A stretch of 64,000 bases of DNA from Bacilli bacterium (GTDB lineage: Bacteria > Bacillota_I > Bacilli_A > ML615J-28 > CAG-313), in the NCBI GenBank assembly GCA_045119035.1, contig JBGVCU010000037.1, forward strand, positions 3,301 through 67,300, read 5' to 3'. A program made the translations under genes and the position numbers. Under the pieces are notes generated by a model that worked only from the letters and a program-made list of their open reading frames with translations, ran no database searches and was not told where the DNA came from. Shown here piece after piece: positions 35,902-45,085 of this stretch (the stretch's first letter is position 1; every line of letters begins with the position of its first letter).

Positions 35902-35997
35902 GAATATTTGAAAAAATAGGTAAAATATGATATAATATATGTATAAAATAATAAAATATGGTCGTAATCTCGACTATATTTAAAAGGAGAATTGAAT

Positions 35998-38733
35998 ATG
36001 AAAAGAATACTAATGTCAATTACACTTGTATTAATTTTATTACTTACTTCATGTGGTAATTTAATTAAACCAGGTCCAGGAAATGAACCTGAAAATCCAA
36101 ATCCTGAATGTGAACATTTAACTGAAACATTAGCTGAATATGATGAAACAGGACATTGGATAAAGTGTCTTAGTTGTAACGAAAAATTAGAATTTTCGGA
36201 ACATAAATATAATGCATGGATTACTGTTTTAGAACCTTCATTAGGAGTTGAAGGTAAAAAAGTGAAAAACTGTACTGAATGCGAATTTAGTGTAGAAGAA
36301 ATTATTCCTGCATTAACTGATTGTGTTCATCCAAATGTTTCTAATAATTGGGTGGTTGATGAAACTGGTCATTGGCATATTTGTAATGATTGCCCAATAA
36401 CATTAGATTATTCTGTGCACTCATATAGTGATTGGGTTGTAACTATTACTCCGCAAGTAGGAGTTGCAGGTAAAAAGGTTAAGACTTGTGATATATGTAA
36501 CTATAGTGTAGAAGAAGTTCTTCCTGCACTTCCACAACCTGATCCAGAACCTACTGATGGTCAAGTTAATGTTACTAAAATTGGTACTGGATTTGAAACT
36601 ATTTACTTAGAATGGACTCCTTATAATAATGCTACAAAATATCATGTATATTGTGATAATAAATTAATTGATGCTGAACTTATCAGATTTTATGGTACAT
36701 ATTTTAGAGCAGATATAATTGGTATTACTGCAAATGACCATATTGTAAAAGTTGTTCCAGTTGTAGGTGGAAAAGAAGTTACAGCAGCTAAAGTAGAATA
36801 TACTCGTAGACCTGAAGCCTATGTAAGAGAAGGATACTCATTTACTGGTGAATGTACTGGTGCATATAATATGGATGGTACATTAAAACAAAATGCTCAA
36901 GTAATATATGTTACAGCAAAAACTGCAAAAACTGTTACAGCAACTGTAAATGGTGCAACACAAACAGGTTTACAAGCAATTCTAGATGCTAAACAAAAAG
37001 CAAATACTTCAAATGATATTTTATGTATTCGTGTTATAGGAATGATTTCTGCAAATGATATGGATTCATTTTCTAGTTCTGCACAAGGCCTACAAATTAA
37101 AGGTCGTAGTGCTGAAACAAATATGAATATTACTTTTGAAGGTGTAGGAAACGATGCTACTATTAATGGTTTTGGTTTCTTAATCAGAAATTGCTCAAAC
37201 GTTGAAATTAGAAATATCGGAATTATGAATTTTATGGATGACGGAATTAGTGTTGATACAGATAATTCACATCTATGGCTACATAATATTGACTTTTATT
37301 ATGGACAAGCTGGTGGAGATGCTGACCAAGATAAAGGTGATGGTTCATTAGATATTAAAAAATCTCATTATATAACTGTTTCATATAATCATTTCTATGA
37401 ATCTGGTAAATGTGCTTTACTTGATGCCGGAACTGGTGAAGGAAGTGACTATATTACATATCACCACAATTGGTTTGACCATTCAGACTCAAGACATCCA
37501 AGAGTAAGAAACGCTGAACATGTTCATGTATATAATAACTACTATGATGGTGTTGCAAAATATGGTATTGGTGCTGCTGGTGGTGGAAGTAATGTCTTTA
37601 GTGAAGCAAATTATTTTAGAAATACAAAATATCCAATTTTAACTTCACAACAAGGAAGTGATATTGCAACAGATAGTAAAGGTACTTTCTCAGGTGAAGA
37701 TGGTGGTGTAGTTAAGAGTTTTGGTGATTTAATGATTGGTGGTACATTTGTTCCATATAGTGAAAATAATGTTCAATATGACGCATATGTTGCAGCAACA
37801 AGAAATGAGCTTGTTCCATCAACTGTTAAATCTTTAAAAGGTGGATTTACATATAATAATTTTGATACAGCAAGTGATATGTACAGCTATAATCCACATA
37901 CTGCTGAAGCTGCAAAAGATAATGTAACACAATATGCAGGTAGATTACAAGGTGGAGATTTAAAATGGACATTTACTGAAGAAGATGATGCATCTTATGC
38001 AATAAATTCTGGACTTAAACAAGCTGTAAATAATTACAAACCAACTGTTGTTTTAGGTGAAGTTATCATGTCTAATTCTTTAGTTGAAATGATTGATTCA
38101 ATTCCTGAAAATGTTACTTTGGAAGATAGTTCATATATATATGATTGTTATAATCAATATATTAAATTAACTGATTCACAAAAAGAAGAAATAACAAACT
38201 CTCATAAATTACTTGCTGCGTATAATACAATTTTTAAATTAGAAATTGAAAGAGTTATTCAACTAATTGATAACATGGACGTAGATAATCAAGAAGAAGT
38301 ACAAAGTGTTTATCTTGAATATAGTAAACTTACTGCTGATCAAAAGAAAGACGTAACTAATATAGATATTCTTACAAATGCAATGGGTTCAATTCCAGTT
38401 GATAAAATTGAACATAATTTTGATAATGGATTAAGTTCAGATTTCTTTAATATTTCTGGTAACTTATCTAAATCTAAAGGTGTTGCTACATATAATGGTT
38501 TAACAATTTCTCAATGTTTAAAAATTGAATCAAGTACAAATATTTCATTTACAATTACAACAAAGATGACTCTTACAATTGTATTTGGAGATGAAGATAC
38601 AAAGACAAATATTAAAATTGATGGTGTAAAACAAACAACATCAACAAAAGTATTAACAATAGAACTTGAAGCTGGATCTCATACAATAACTAAAGCAGAT
38701 TCAACAAATGTTTTCTATTTATCTTTAGAATAA
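35998..38733 (+). CDS. lipoprotein with PL1-family pectate lyase domain
   Basis: Lipobox LLTSCGN; duplicated Cys-containing ~40-aa N-terminal modules; PL1 signature NWFDHSDSRHPRVRNAEHVHVYNNYYD; C-terminal short repeats; ATG at 35998 follows AAGGAGA (the track start is a TTG). Confidence 0.65.
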   Translation: MKRILMSITLVLILLLTSCGNLIKPGPGNEPENPNPECEHLTETLAEYDETGHWIKCLSCNEKLEFSEHKYNAWITVLEPSLGVEGKKVKNCTECEFSVEEIIPALTDCVHPNVSNNWVVDETGHWHICNDCPITLDYSVHSYSDWVVTITPQVGVAGKKVKTCDICNYSVEEVLPALPQPDPEPTDGQVNVTKIGTGFETIYLEWTPYNNATKYHVYCDNKLIDAELIRFYGTYFRADIIGITANDHIVKVVPVVGGKEVTAAKVEYTRRPEAYVREGYSFTGECTGAYNMDGTLKQNAQVIYVTAKTAKTVTATVNGATQTGLQAILDAKQKANTSNDILCIRVIGMISANDMDSFSSSAQGLQIKGRSAETNMNITFEGVGNDATINGFGFLIRNCSNVEIRNIGIMNFMDDGISVDTDNSHLWLHNIDFYYGQAGGDADQDKGDGSLDIKKSHYITVSYNHFYESGKCALLDAGTGEGSDYITYHHNWFDHSDSRHPRVRNAEHVHVYNNYYDGVAKYGIGAAGGGSNVFSEANYFRNTKYPILTSQQGSDIATDSKGTFSGEDGGVVKSFGDLMIGGTFVPYSENNVQYDAYVAATRNELVPSTVKSLKGGFTYNNFDTASDMYSYNPHTAEAAKDNVTQYAGRLQGGDLKWTFTEEDDASYAINSGLKQAVNNYKPTVVLGEVIMSNSLVEMIDSIPENVTLEDSSYIYDCYNQYIKLTDSQKEEITNSHKLLAAYNTIFKLEIERVIQLIDNMDVDNQEEVQSVYLEYSKLTADQKKDVTNIDILTNAMGSIPVDKIEHNFDNGLSSDFFNISGNLSKSKGVATYNGLTISQCLKIESSTNISFTITTKMTLTIVFGDEDTKTNIKIDGVKQTTSTKVLTIELEAGSHTITKADSTNVFYLSLE

Positions 38734-38736
38734 TCT

Positions 38737-38764
38737 AAAAGGCTACATATGTAGCCTTTTATTT
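38737..38764 (+). terminator. terminator after the pectate-lyase lipoprotein
   Basis: AAAAGGCTACAT-ATGTAGCCTTTT palindrome. Confidence 0.85.
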
Positions 38765-38832
38765 ATTATTGTTCTAAATTTGATTTTTCAAAAGAAAATA
38801 TGGTATAATATCATATAAGATAGGTGATTTAT

Positions 38833-39861
38833 ATGATTAATTTAATGAACGACTATAATGTTATTGCACATAATAAAATTTTAAAAGATTTACAAAAATA
38901 TCAAACAGAACTTTATGTCGGATACGGAATGGATGAGGTTTGTAAGGAAGCAAAAGAATTAATAAAAAAAGAACTTAATAATGATGAAGTTGATATTCAT
39001 TTTTTAGTTGGTGGAACTATTACAAATAAAATAGCACTTAATCATATTCTAAAACCATATGAAGCAATTATTGCAGCAGATTCATCTCATATTTATGTTC
39101 ATGAAACAGGAGCAATTGAAAGTAATGGACATAAAATTATTACTGTAAAAAATGTAGATGGTAAAATTACTGTTGATGAAATACATAAAGTAATAAAAAG
39201 TCACTCTGACTGTCATATGGTTAAACCAAAAGTTGTATATATATCAAATTCTACTGAATTTGGTACAATTTATACTAAAAGTGAATTATTTGACTTATCA
39301 AACTATTGTAAACATCATGGATTATATCTATATTTAGATGGAGCTAGATTAGGATGTGCACTTACTTCTTTATATAATGATTTAACTTTAAGTGATATAT
39401 GTAAATATGTTGATATTTTCTATATTGGTGGAACAAAAAATGGCTTAATGTTTGGTGAAGCATTAGTAGTTAAAAATGAAAAAATTAAAGAAGATTTTAG
39501 ATATTCTATCAAACAAAACGGTGGAATGTTATCAAAGGGATTCTTATTAGGAATTCAGTTTAAATCATTATTTAGTGATAATTTATTTTATGAAATAGCA
39601 AAGCAACAAAATGAACTTGCTACATATTTTGATAATCGTTTAAATGAATTATATATTAGACATTCACTAAAAACTGTAACTAACCAAATATTTATTATCC
39701 TTGAAAGTCATGTAGTTGAAAAATTAAAAGAAGAATTACTGTTTGAAATATGGGAAGATTTAGGTGATGAAGTAGTTATTAGATTTGTAACGCATATATC
39801 ACTTTCAAAAGAAGATATTGATAAAGCTATAAATATTATTAAGGCAGCATTAGATGAATAA
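38833..39861 (+). CDS. PLP-dependent threonine-aldolase-family (beta-eliminating lyase fold) protein
   Basis: About 343 aa; GGTKNG putative PLP-lysine region; ATG at 38833 follows RBS AGGTGA. Confidence 0.55.
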   Translation: MINLMNDYNVIAHNKILKDLQKYQTELYVGYGMDEVCKEAKELIKKELNNDEVDIHFLVGGTITNKIALNHILKPYEAIIAADSSHIYVHETGAIESNGHKIITVKNVDGKITVDEIHKVIKSHSDCHMVKPKVVYISNSTEFGTIYTKSELFDLSNYCKHHGLYLYLDGARLGCALTSLYNDLTLSDICKYVDIFYIGGTKNGLMFGEALVVKNEKIKEDFRYSIKQNGGMLSKGFLLGIQFKSLFSDNLFYEIAKQQNELATYFDNRLNELYIRHSLKTVTNQIFIILESHVVEKLKEELLFEIWEDLGDEVVIRFVTHISLSKEDIDKAINIIKAALDE

Positions 39862-40375
39862 TTTAAAACTTATAAAACCAAATGAAACATATATAGATCA
39901 AATTATTAAATACAAAGAAGAATTCTTACTAGATAATTCTCATTTACATGGAACAGCAGGTCTTTCTCATTATCCTGATATATCTGAATGGCTTCAACAC
40001 GTAAAAGATTTAGAAAATAAAGAAACTTTACCTGCGTGTAATGTTCCATCTACATTATTTTTAACAATTGATACAAAAAATAATGAACTAATTGGTATGA
40101 TTGATATTAGACACTATTTAAATCAAAACTTAATGAGTTGTGGTGGTCATATTGGATATTCAATAAAACCGTCAAAAAGAAGATTAGGTTATGGAACTAA
40201 ACAACTAAGTCTAGCTTTAGAAGAATGTAAGAAAATGAATATTAATGAAGTATTAATTACTTGTGATGAATTTAATATTGGATCTAAAAAAATTATTTTA
40301 AATAATAACGGTATCTTCCACAGTAAGATAAAAAACAAAGATGAAGACATAGAAAGATATTGGATAAAATTATGA
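39854..40375 (+). CDS. GNAT-family N-acetyltransferase
   Basis: 173 aa; acetyl-CoA-binding-like RRLGYGTKQL; overlaps neighbours. Confidence 0.5.
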   Translation: MNNLKLIKPNETYIDQIIKYKEEFLLDNSHLHGTAGLSHYPDISEWLQHVKDLENKETLPACNVPSTLFLTIDTKNNELIGMIDIRHYLNQNLMSCGGHIGYSIKPSKRRLGYGTKQLSLALEECKKMNINEVLITCDEFNIGSKKIILNNNGIFHSKIKNKDEDIERYWIKL

Positions 40376-41460
40376 AAAAAGAATTAGTAAAAAGTATTAC
40401 ACTAGATATATCTAACAAGCGCGTTTTTTGTGTTAGCGATATTCATGGTGAATACCTTGTATTAAAAGAACTATTAGAAAAAAATAGCTATAATATAAAA
40501 AGTGATTACTTATTTATTTTAGGAGATCTTACTCGCAAAGGGACATATCCACTTAAAACTATTAGATATTTAATGGATTTATCTTTAAATCAAAATGTCT
40601 ATATTTTAATGGGAAATTGTGATGAAAGAGATTATTTAGATGTTTTTGATAATGACTTCGAAAAATTCATGTATTCAGTTAATACAAAAACATTAATTAG
40701 AGATTTATTAATTGATATCTATAATGAAATTCCTAATATTAATAAGGAAAATTATATAAGTTATCAAGAAATATTGGCTTCAACAAAAGAAATTGATTTT
40801 ATTAAAAATTTACCTCATTTAATTGTAACTAGCGAATATATATTTTCACATGCTAAAGTACCACAAGTAATTAATTTAGAAACTGATTTATATACAAGTT
40901 ATATTAGAGGACGTGACTTTTTACAAAAAGGTCATAATAATAAACAAACAGTAATTGTTGGACATATGCCAAGTACAATATATTCTAGTAATTGTTATAA
41001 TAATAAAGTTCATTATGAAAATAATATTATTTTTATAGATGGTGGAATGGCTATTTATCATAGTGGACAAATAAATTTATTAATTATTGAAAATAATAAT
41101 ATTATTAAAGAAGCATCAAATGATGCATTAGAAGAAGTAATTTGCTTAGCTAGCCAACAAGGAGAACCTTACGCAAAAGGTACATGTTGGCCGAATTATG
41201 AAATAACTATACTTGAAAGAGGTAAATATTTTTCAAAATGTATAGTTAATGCTACAAATGAACTATGTATAATTAAAAACGAAATGATCTGTAAAGACAG
41301 TAATACTACTCTTGATGATTGTCCTGGAATGATGATTAACATCAGTAAAAACGATCATGTTAAACTTGTTAAAACATTAAGTGGCTATTCTTTAGTAAAA
41401 AAGGATGGTATTGTTGGATGGATCAAAAATAGCTATTTAGGAGGAATAAATGAAATTTAG
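40360..41460 (+). CDS. calcineurin-like metallophosphoesterase with C-terminal SH3b-like domain
   Basis: Motifs VSDIHGE, GDLTRKG, GNCD, GHMP; C-terminal GIVGWIKNSYLG. Confidence 0.6.
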   Translation: MDKIMKKELVKSITLDISNKRVFCVSDIHGEYLVLKELLEKNSYNIKSDYLFILGDLTRKGTYPLKTIRYLMDLSLNQNVYILMGNCDERDYLDVFDNDFEKFMYSVNTKTLIRDLLIDIYNEIPNINKENYISYQEILASTKEIDFIKNLPHLIVTSEYIFSHAKVPQVINLETDLYTSYIRGRDFLQKGHNNKQTVIVGHMPSTIYSSNCYNNKVHYENNIIFIDGGMAIYHSGQINLLIIENNNIIKEASNDALEEVICLASQQGEPYAKGTCWPNYEITILERGKYFSKCIVNATNELCIIKNEMICKDSNTTLDDCPGMMINISKNDHVKLVKTLSGYSLVKKDGIVGWIKNSYLGGINEI

Positions 41461-42364
41461 TCCAGAAGTAAAAAGTGCCCTAGAACTTGGGCTTCCTATT
41501 GTTGCGCTTGAATCTACAATTATTTCACATGGTATGCCTTATCCTGAAAATGTTCATACTGCTCTTCAATGTGAAAAAATTATTCGTGATGCGGGAGCTG
41601 TTCCTGCAACAATTGCAATCATAAAAGGTGAAATCTGCATAGGTCTTACAAAAGATGAAATTCATTATTTAGGTAAAGAAGGTTTAAGTGTTTATAAAAC
41701 ATCTCGTAGAGATATAGCATATGTAGTAAGTAAAAAACTTAACGGTGCTACGACTGTTTCTGCAACAATGATTGCTGCTCAAATGGCGGGAATTAAATTT
41801 TTTGCAACAGGTGGTATTGGCGGAGTTCATAGAAATGCTGAAATTACAATGGATATTTCAGCTGATTTAGAAGAACTTGCTCAAACAAATGTTTGTGTTA
41901 TATGTGCTGGAGCAAAAGCAATTCTTGATTTAGAAAAAACACTTGAATATTTAGAAACAAAAGGTGTTCCTGTTATTGGATATCAAACAGAATCGCTTCC
42001 TGCTTTCTATACAAGAACATCACAATATAATGTAAACTTTAAGCTTGATACACCTTTAGAAATTGCAGAGTTTTGCAAAACGAAATGGGATTTAAATTTA
42101 AATGGTGGTGTACTTGTTACTAATCCGATTCCTGTTGAATATTCACTAGATGAAAATGTAATGAATGAAGCAATTAATAAAGCAATCATTGAACAAGATA
42201 AACTTGGTATTAAAGGAAAAGAATCAACTCCATTCTTACTTGCTAAAATAAAAGAAATTACTGAAGGAGCTTCTCTTGATTCTAATATTAAATTAGTTTT
42301 TAACAATTGTTTACTTGCTTCTTTAATTGCTAAAAAATATTGGGATTTAAATAATGTTAAGTAA
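41450..42364 (+). CDS. psuG: pseudouridine-5'-phosphate glycosidase
   Basis: 304 aa; LPIVALESTIISHGMPYPEN N-terminus; PsuG/YeiN family. Confidence 0.8.
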   Translation: MKFSPEVKSALELGLPIVALESTIISHGMPYPENVHTALQCEKIIRDAGAVPATIAIIKGEICIGLTKDEIHYLGKEGLSVYKTSRRDIAYVVSKKLNGATTVSATMIAAQMAGIKFFATGGIGGVHRNAEITMDISADLEELAQTNVCVICAGAKAILDLEKTLEYLETKGVPVIGYQTESLPAFYTRTSQYNVNFKLDTPLEIAEFCKTKWDLNLNGGVLVTNPIPVEYSLDENVMNEAINKAIIEQDKLGIKGKESTPFLLAKIKEITEGASLDSNIKLVFNNCLLASLIAKKYWDLNNVK

Positions 42365-43061
42365 TAATAAGTTTTTAGTTAGAGTATCTAAATATCGTTC
42401 AATATTAATATTAATATATGAAATAATTCTTTTTACAATTTTTTATTTATATAACAAATTTATATTTGAGAACAATAGTTCTATATTATTTATCAGTTTA
42501 GTTTTTATTTTTCCTATTATTCTTTCAATATTAAAAGCCATAATAAAAAATGAAAATTTAAAAAAGTATCATAATTTGAAAACAAACTATAATACTTTAA
42601 TTATTACTGATATAAAAAAAGGTAAATATTTTAATAAATTTATTGAGGAATTAAAAAGTTTAACGAATAATGTTGTTATTAAAACTTCAGATGTTAATCA
42701 ACTTATTACACTTGGAAAATATAACAATATTAATATTTTAATTGATTCTAATAATACATTTATATCTATAGATAATACATATATTAAATATCAATATATA
42801 TATGGATATATTGGTGATAATACTACTAAATATGATTTTAAAGCAATATCAAATAAAACGCTTGATCGCTTTTATAACTTATTACTTAAAAGAATTAAAG
42901 TTTTAATTAATAATGAGTTTAATTATACAGAGTATTATTTTGGAAAAACTTATAATGGTTGTATACTTAAGAATCATAAAGAAACACTTTATCAGATTAA
43001 AATAAAAGAAAAAGCTTTTCTTCGAAAAGAAAAGGAAATCCACAAAATTATAAATACATAA
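42354..43061 (+). CDS. hypothetical membrane protein (2 N-terminal TM helices)
   Basis: 235 aa; overlaps the psuG stop; Asn/Ile-rich; no family recognised. Confidence 0.35.
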   Translation: MLSNNKFLVRVSKYRSILILIYEIILFTIFYLYNKFIFENNSSILFISLVFIFPIILSILKAIIKNENLKKYHNLKTNYNTLIITDIKKGKYFNKFIEELKSLTNNVVIKTSDVNQLITLGKYNNINILIDSNNTFISIDNTYIKYQYIYGYIGDNTTKYDFKAISNKTLDRFYNLLLKRIKVLINNEFNYTEYYFGKTYNGCILKNHKETLYQIKIKEKAFLRKEKEIHKIINT

Positions 43062-43090
43062 GAACCAGGCAAAAACCTGGTTCTTTTATT
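43059..43090. terminator. bidirectional terminator (convergent pair)
   Basis: AGAACCAGG-caaaaa-CCTGGTTCT + TTTTATT. Confidence 0.85.
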
Positions 43091-43781
43091 CTAAATGATT
43101 AGTAAATAAAATATCAACTTTGTTATCAATTAAGATAGATGCATCAATTGGATTATTAATATTATATACTCCAAATTTAATATTATTTTCCTTAGCTAGC
43201 TTTAAATATTTTAAAGTATTATTGTTTAAGCTAGTAACAAGACCATAGTTATTGTTTTTACAAATATCGATGATATCTTCATCAATAAAATCTGTTATAT
43301 ATAATAAGGAAATACTTCGTTCTAGATTTTTAAATTCATGAAGAATATTATAATCATTAACAATAATTGATATATTAACATAGTTTACTTTATTTAATAA
43401 TTTTATTAATTGTTCAATTTCTAAACATCCTATTGGTTGACATAACTTAATATATAAATGTTGATGATATCTAAGGCTTAATTCAATTAATTCTTCAAGT
43501 TTTGTTAAAAAACTATATTTATTTGGATATTCATAGTTCATTAATTCACTGAATTTATGTTGACTAATATGGATTTTTCTTTTAATTATTTTATATAAGG
43601 ATCTATTTCTTGAACAAACAATTTCTCTATCTTTTGTGAATCTAATATGAGCAAGTATTCCATCATAATCTTTATTACAAGCAGCAAGAAAAGCAGAATA
43701 TGTGTGGTCTATCTCGTTAATAATATTACCGCCATCACTTACTAATAAAGTATTATTTCTATTAATCTTTATTGATCCCAT
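43086..43781 (-). CDS. glycerophosphodiester-phosphodiesterase-like protein with substituted catalytic residues
   Basis: GDPD-like layout (…EIDHTYSAF…DGILAHIRFTKDREIV…; C-terminal …DILFTNH), but the HRG and HD catalytic positions read SDG and SR. Confidence 0.35.
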   Translation of the reverse strand: MGSIKINRNNTLLVSDGGNIINEIDHTYSAFLAACNKDYDGILAHIRFTKDREIVCSRNRSLYKIIKRKIHISQHKFSELMNYEYPNKYSFLTKLEELIELSLRYHQHLYIKLCQPIGCLEIEQLIKLLNKVNYVNISIIVNDYNILHEFKNLERSISLLYITDFIDEDIIDICKNNNYGLVTSLNNNTLKYLKLAKENNIKFGVYNINNPIDASILIDNKVDILFTNHLE

Positions 43782-44037
43782 TCTCTAGTTCCTGCTTTCG
43801 TTCTTTTTTCTCTTTTCTTGTCAGTGGTACTGGATCATATACTTTTTTTGTTAAAGGATTACATCTTAAAATACGCCATCCAACTAGAAAACTAGCTTTG
43901 AAAAAATTAAATTTTTCATAACAACCTATAGCATAATTTGAACAACTAGGATAGTGTTTACATCTTCCAGACCCGATTATTTGTTTATTTTTTTGATAAT
44001 TTTTTATTAATTTAATAGCCCATTTATTTCTTGCCAT
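43762..44037 (-). CDS. yidD: membrane protein insertion efficiency factor YidD
   Basis: CKHYPSCSNYA…RILRCNP…YDPVP hallmark; ATG (MARNKW) follows RBS AGGTGA (the track start is a GTG inside the RBS). Confidence 0.8.
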   Translation of the reverse strand: MARNKWAIKLIKNYQKNKQIIGSGRCKHYPSCSNYAIGCYEKFNFFKASFLVGWRILRCNPLTKKVYDPVPLTRKEKKERKQELENGINKD

Positions 44038-44124
44038 ATTATTCACCTACTATAATTATATCTTATTTTAATCTTTTTTTCAAGATAGGAGTATATATAT
44101 TTATTTGTTGTAGATAATATATAT

Positions 44125-44667
44125 ATGAATTATATTTTATTTCTGTTGTTTTTCCTTGTTTTACTTATAGTATTTCCTATTAGAATTAGTATAATAAATA
44201 ATAATAAATGTCTTTTCATTAAGATTATTTTTTTAAAATATCTTATAATTAAAATTAAAAAAAGACTAAAAGAAATTGATGTTGGCTATTCATATAGGAA
44301 ATATTTGATAAACAAAGAAAAAGAAAAATATAAATTTAATAAGCGTTTATATTTATTTACTAGTGTTTTAGATACTTTTATTATTCATGATTTTGTTATA
44401 AATATCAACACAGAAAATGAATATATATATTTTACTTTTTTAATGATAGATAGTTATGTAAGAAATAATTTACTGGTAAATTGTAAAAAAGTTAATAACT
44501 ATAAATTGATTTATAATTATAGTCAAAATACAAGCTATTTAATTGAAACAGATTTTAGTTTTACTGTTTTTAATTTAATATATGTATTACTGACTAAAAA
44601 GAATATAAATAGAGGTGTGTTAAATGGAAAACCAAGTCAGCGAAATAATGAGGCTATCCTTAGATAA
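44125..44667 (+). CDS. YtfI-like (DUF2953-type) sporulation membrane protein
   Basis: 180 aa; N-terminal TM helix; immediately upstream of and overlapping ytfJ, as in the Bacillus ytfI-ytfJ pair. Confidence 0.35.
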   Translation: MNYILFLLFFLVLLIVFPIRISIINNNKCLFIKIIFLKYLIIKIKKRLKEIDVGYSYRKYLINKEKEKYKFNKRLYLFTSVLDTFIIHDFVININTENEYIYFTFLMIDSYVRNNLLVNCKKVNNYKLIYNYSQNTSYLIETDFSFTVFNLIYVLLTKKNINRGVLNGKPSQRNNEAILR

Positions 44668-44977
44668 TTTAAGAGAATTGATTGATGTTAATGTAATAGT
44701 GGGGAAAGAAATACAAACAGATAAGGGAACAATTATTCCTGTTTCTAAAGTGAAATGTAGTTTTGTTGGTGGAGGAATGGATCAAAAAAAATATCCAAAT
44801 GATTTAAACCCGGTTACAGCTGCTACTTTAGCAAATCTTACTCTTACTCCAGTTGCTTTTATTGTAGCAAGTGATGAAATAAATTTACTTCATATTGACG
44901 AATCAAGTCATAATGTTGAAAAAGTTATTGATTTAATTAGCGAAACGATAAAAAGACTTACAAAAAAAGATAAATAA
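44624..44977 (+). CDS. ytfJ: sporulation/germination protein YtfJ (GerW family)
   Basis: 117 aa; L(D/E)NLRELIDVN…IIPVSKV…GGG…TPVAFIV matches the YtfJ family; RBS AGAGGTG. Confidence 0.7.
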   Translation: MENQVSEIMRLSLDNLRELIDVNVIVGKEIQTDKGTIIPVSKVKCSFVGGGMDQKKYPNDLNPVTAATLANLTLTPVAFIVASDEINLLHIDESSHNVEKVIDLISETIKRLTKKDK

Positions 44978-45006
44978 TGTGGATAAAAAAAACCACATTT
45001 TTTTAT
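44976..45006 (+). terminator. terminator after ytfJ
   Basis: AATGTGG-ataaaaaaaa-CCACATT + TTTTTTT. Confidence 0.7.
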
Positions 45007-45085
45007 TTTTATAAAATAAAATCGTATTAGTTTATTTTTTTTATAATTTTTGGTATAATTAAAGTTGGTAGAGAGGAGGGATTTT

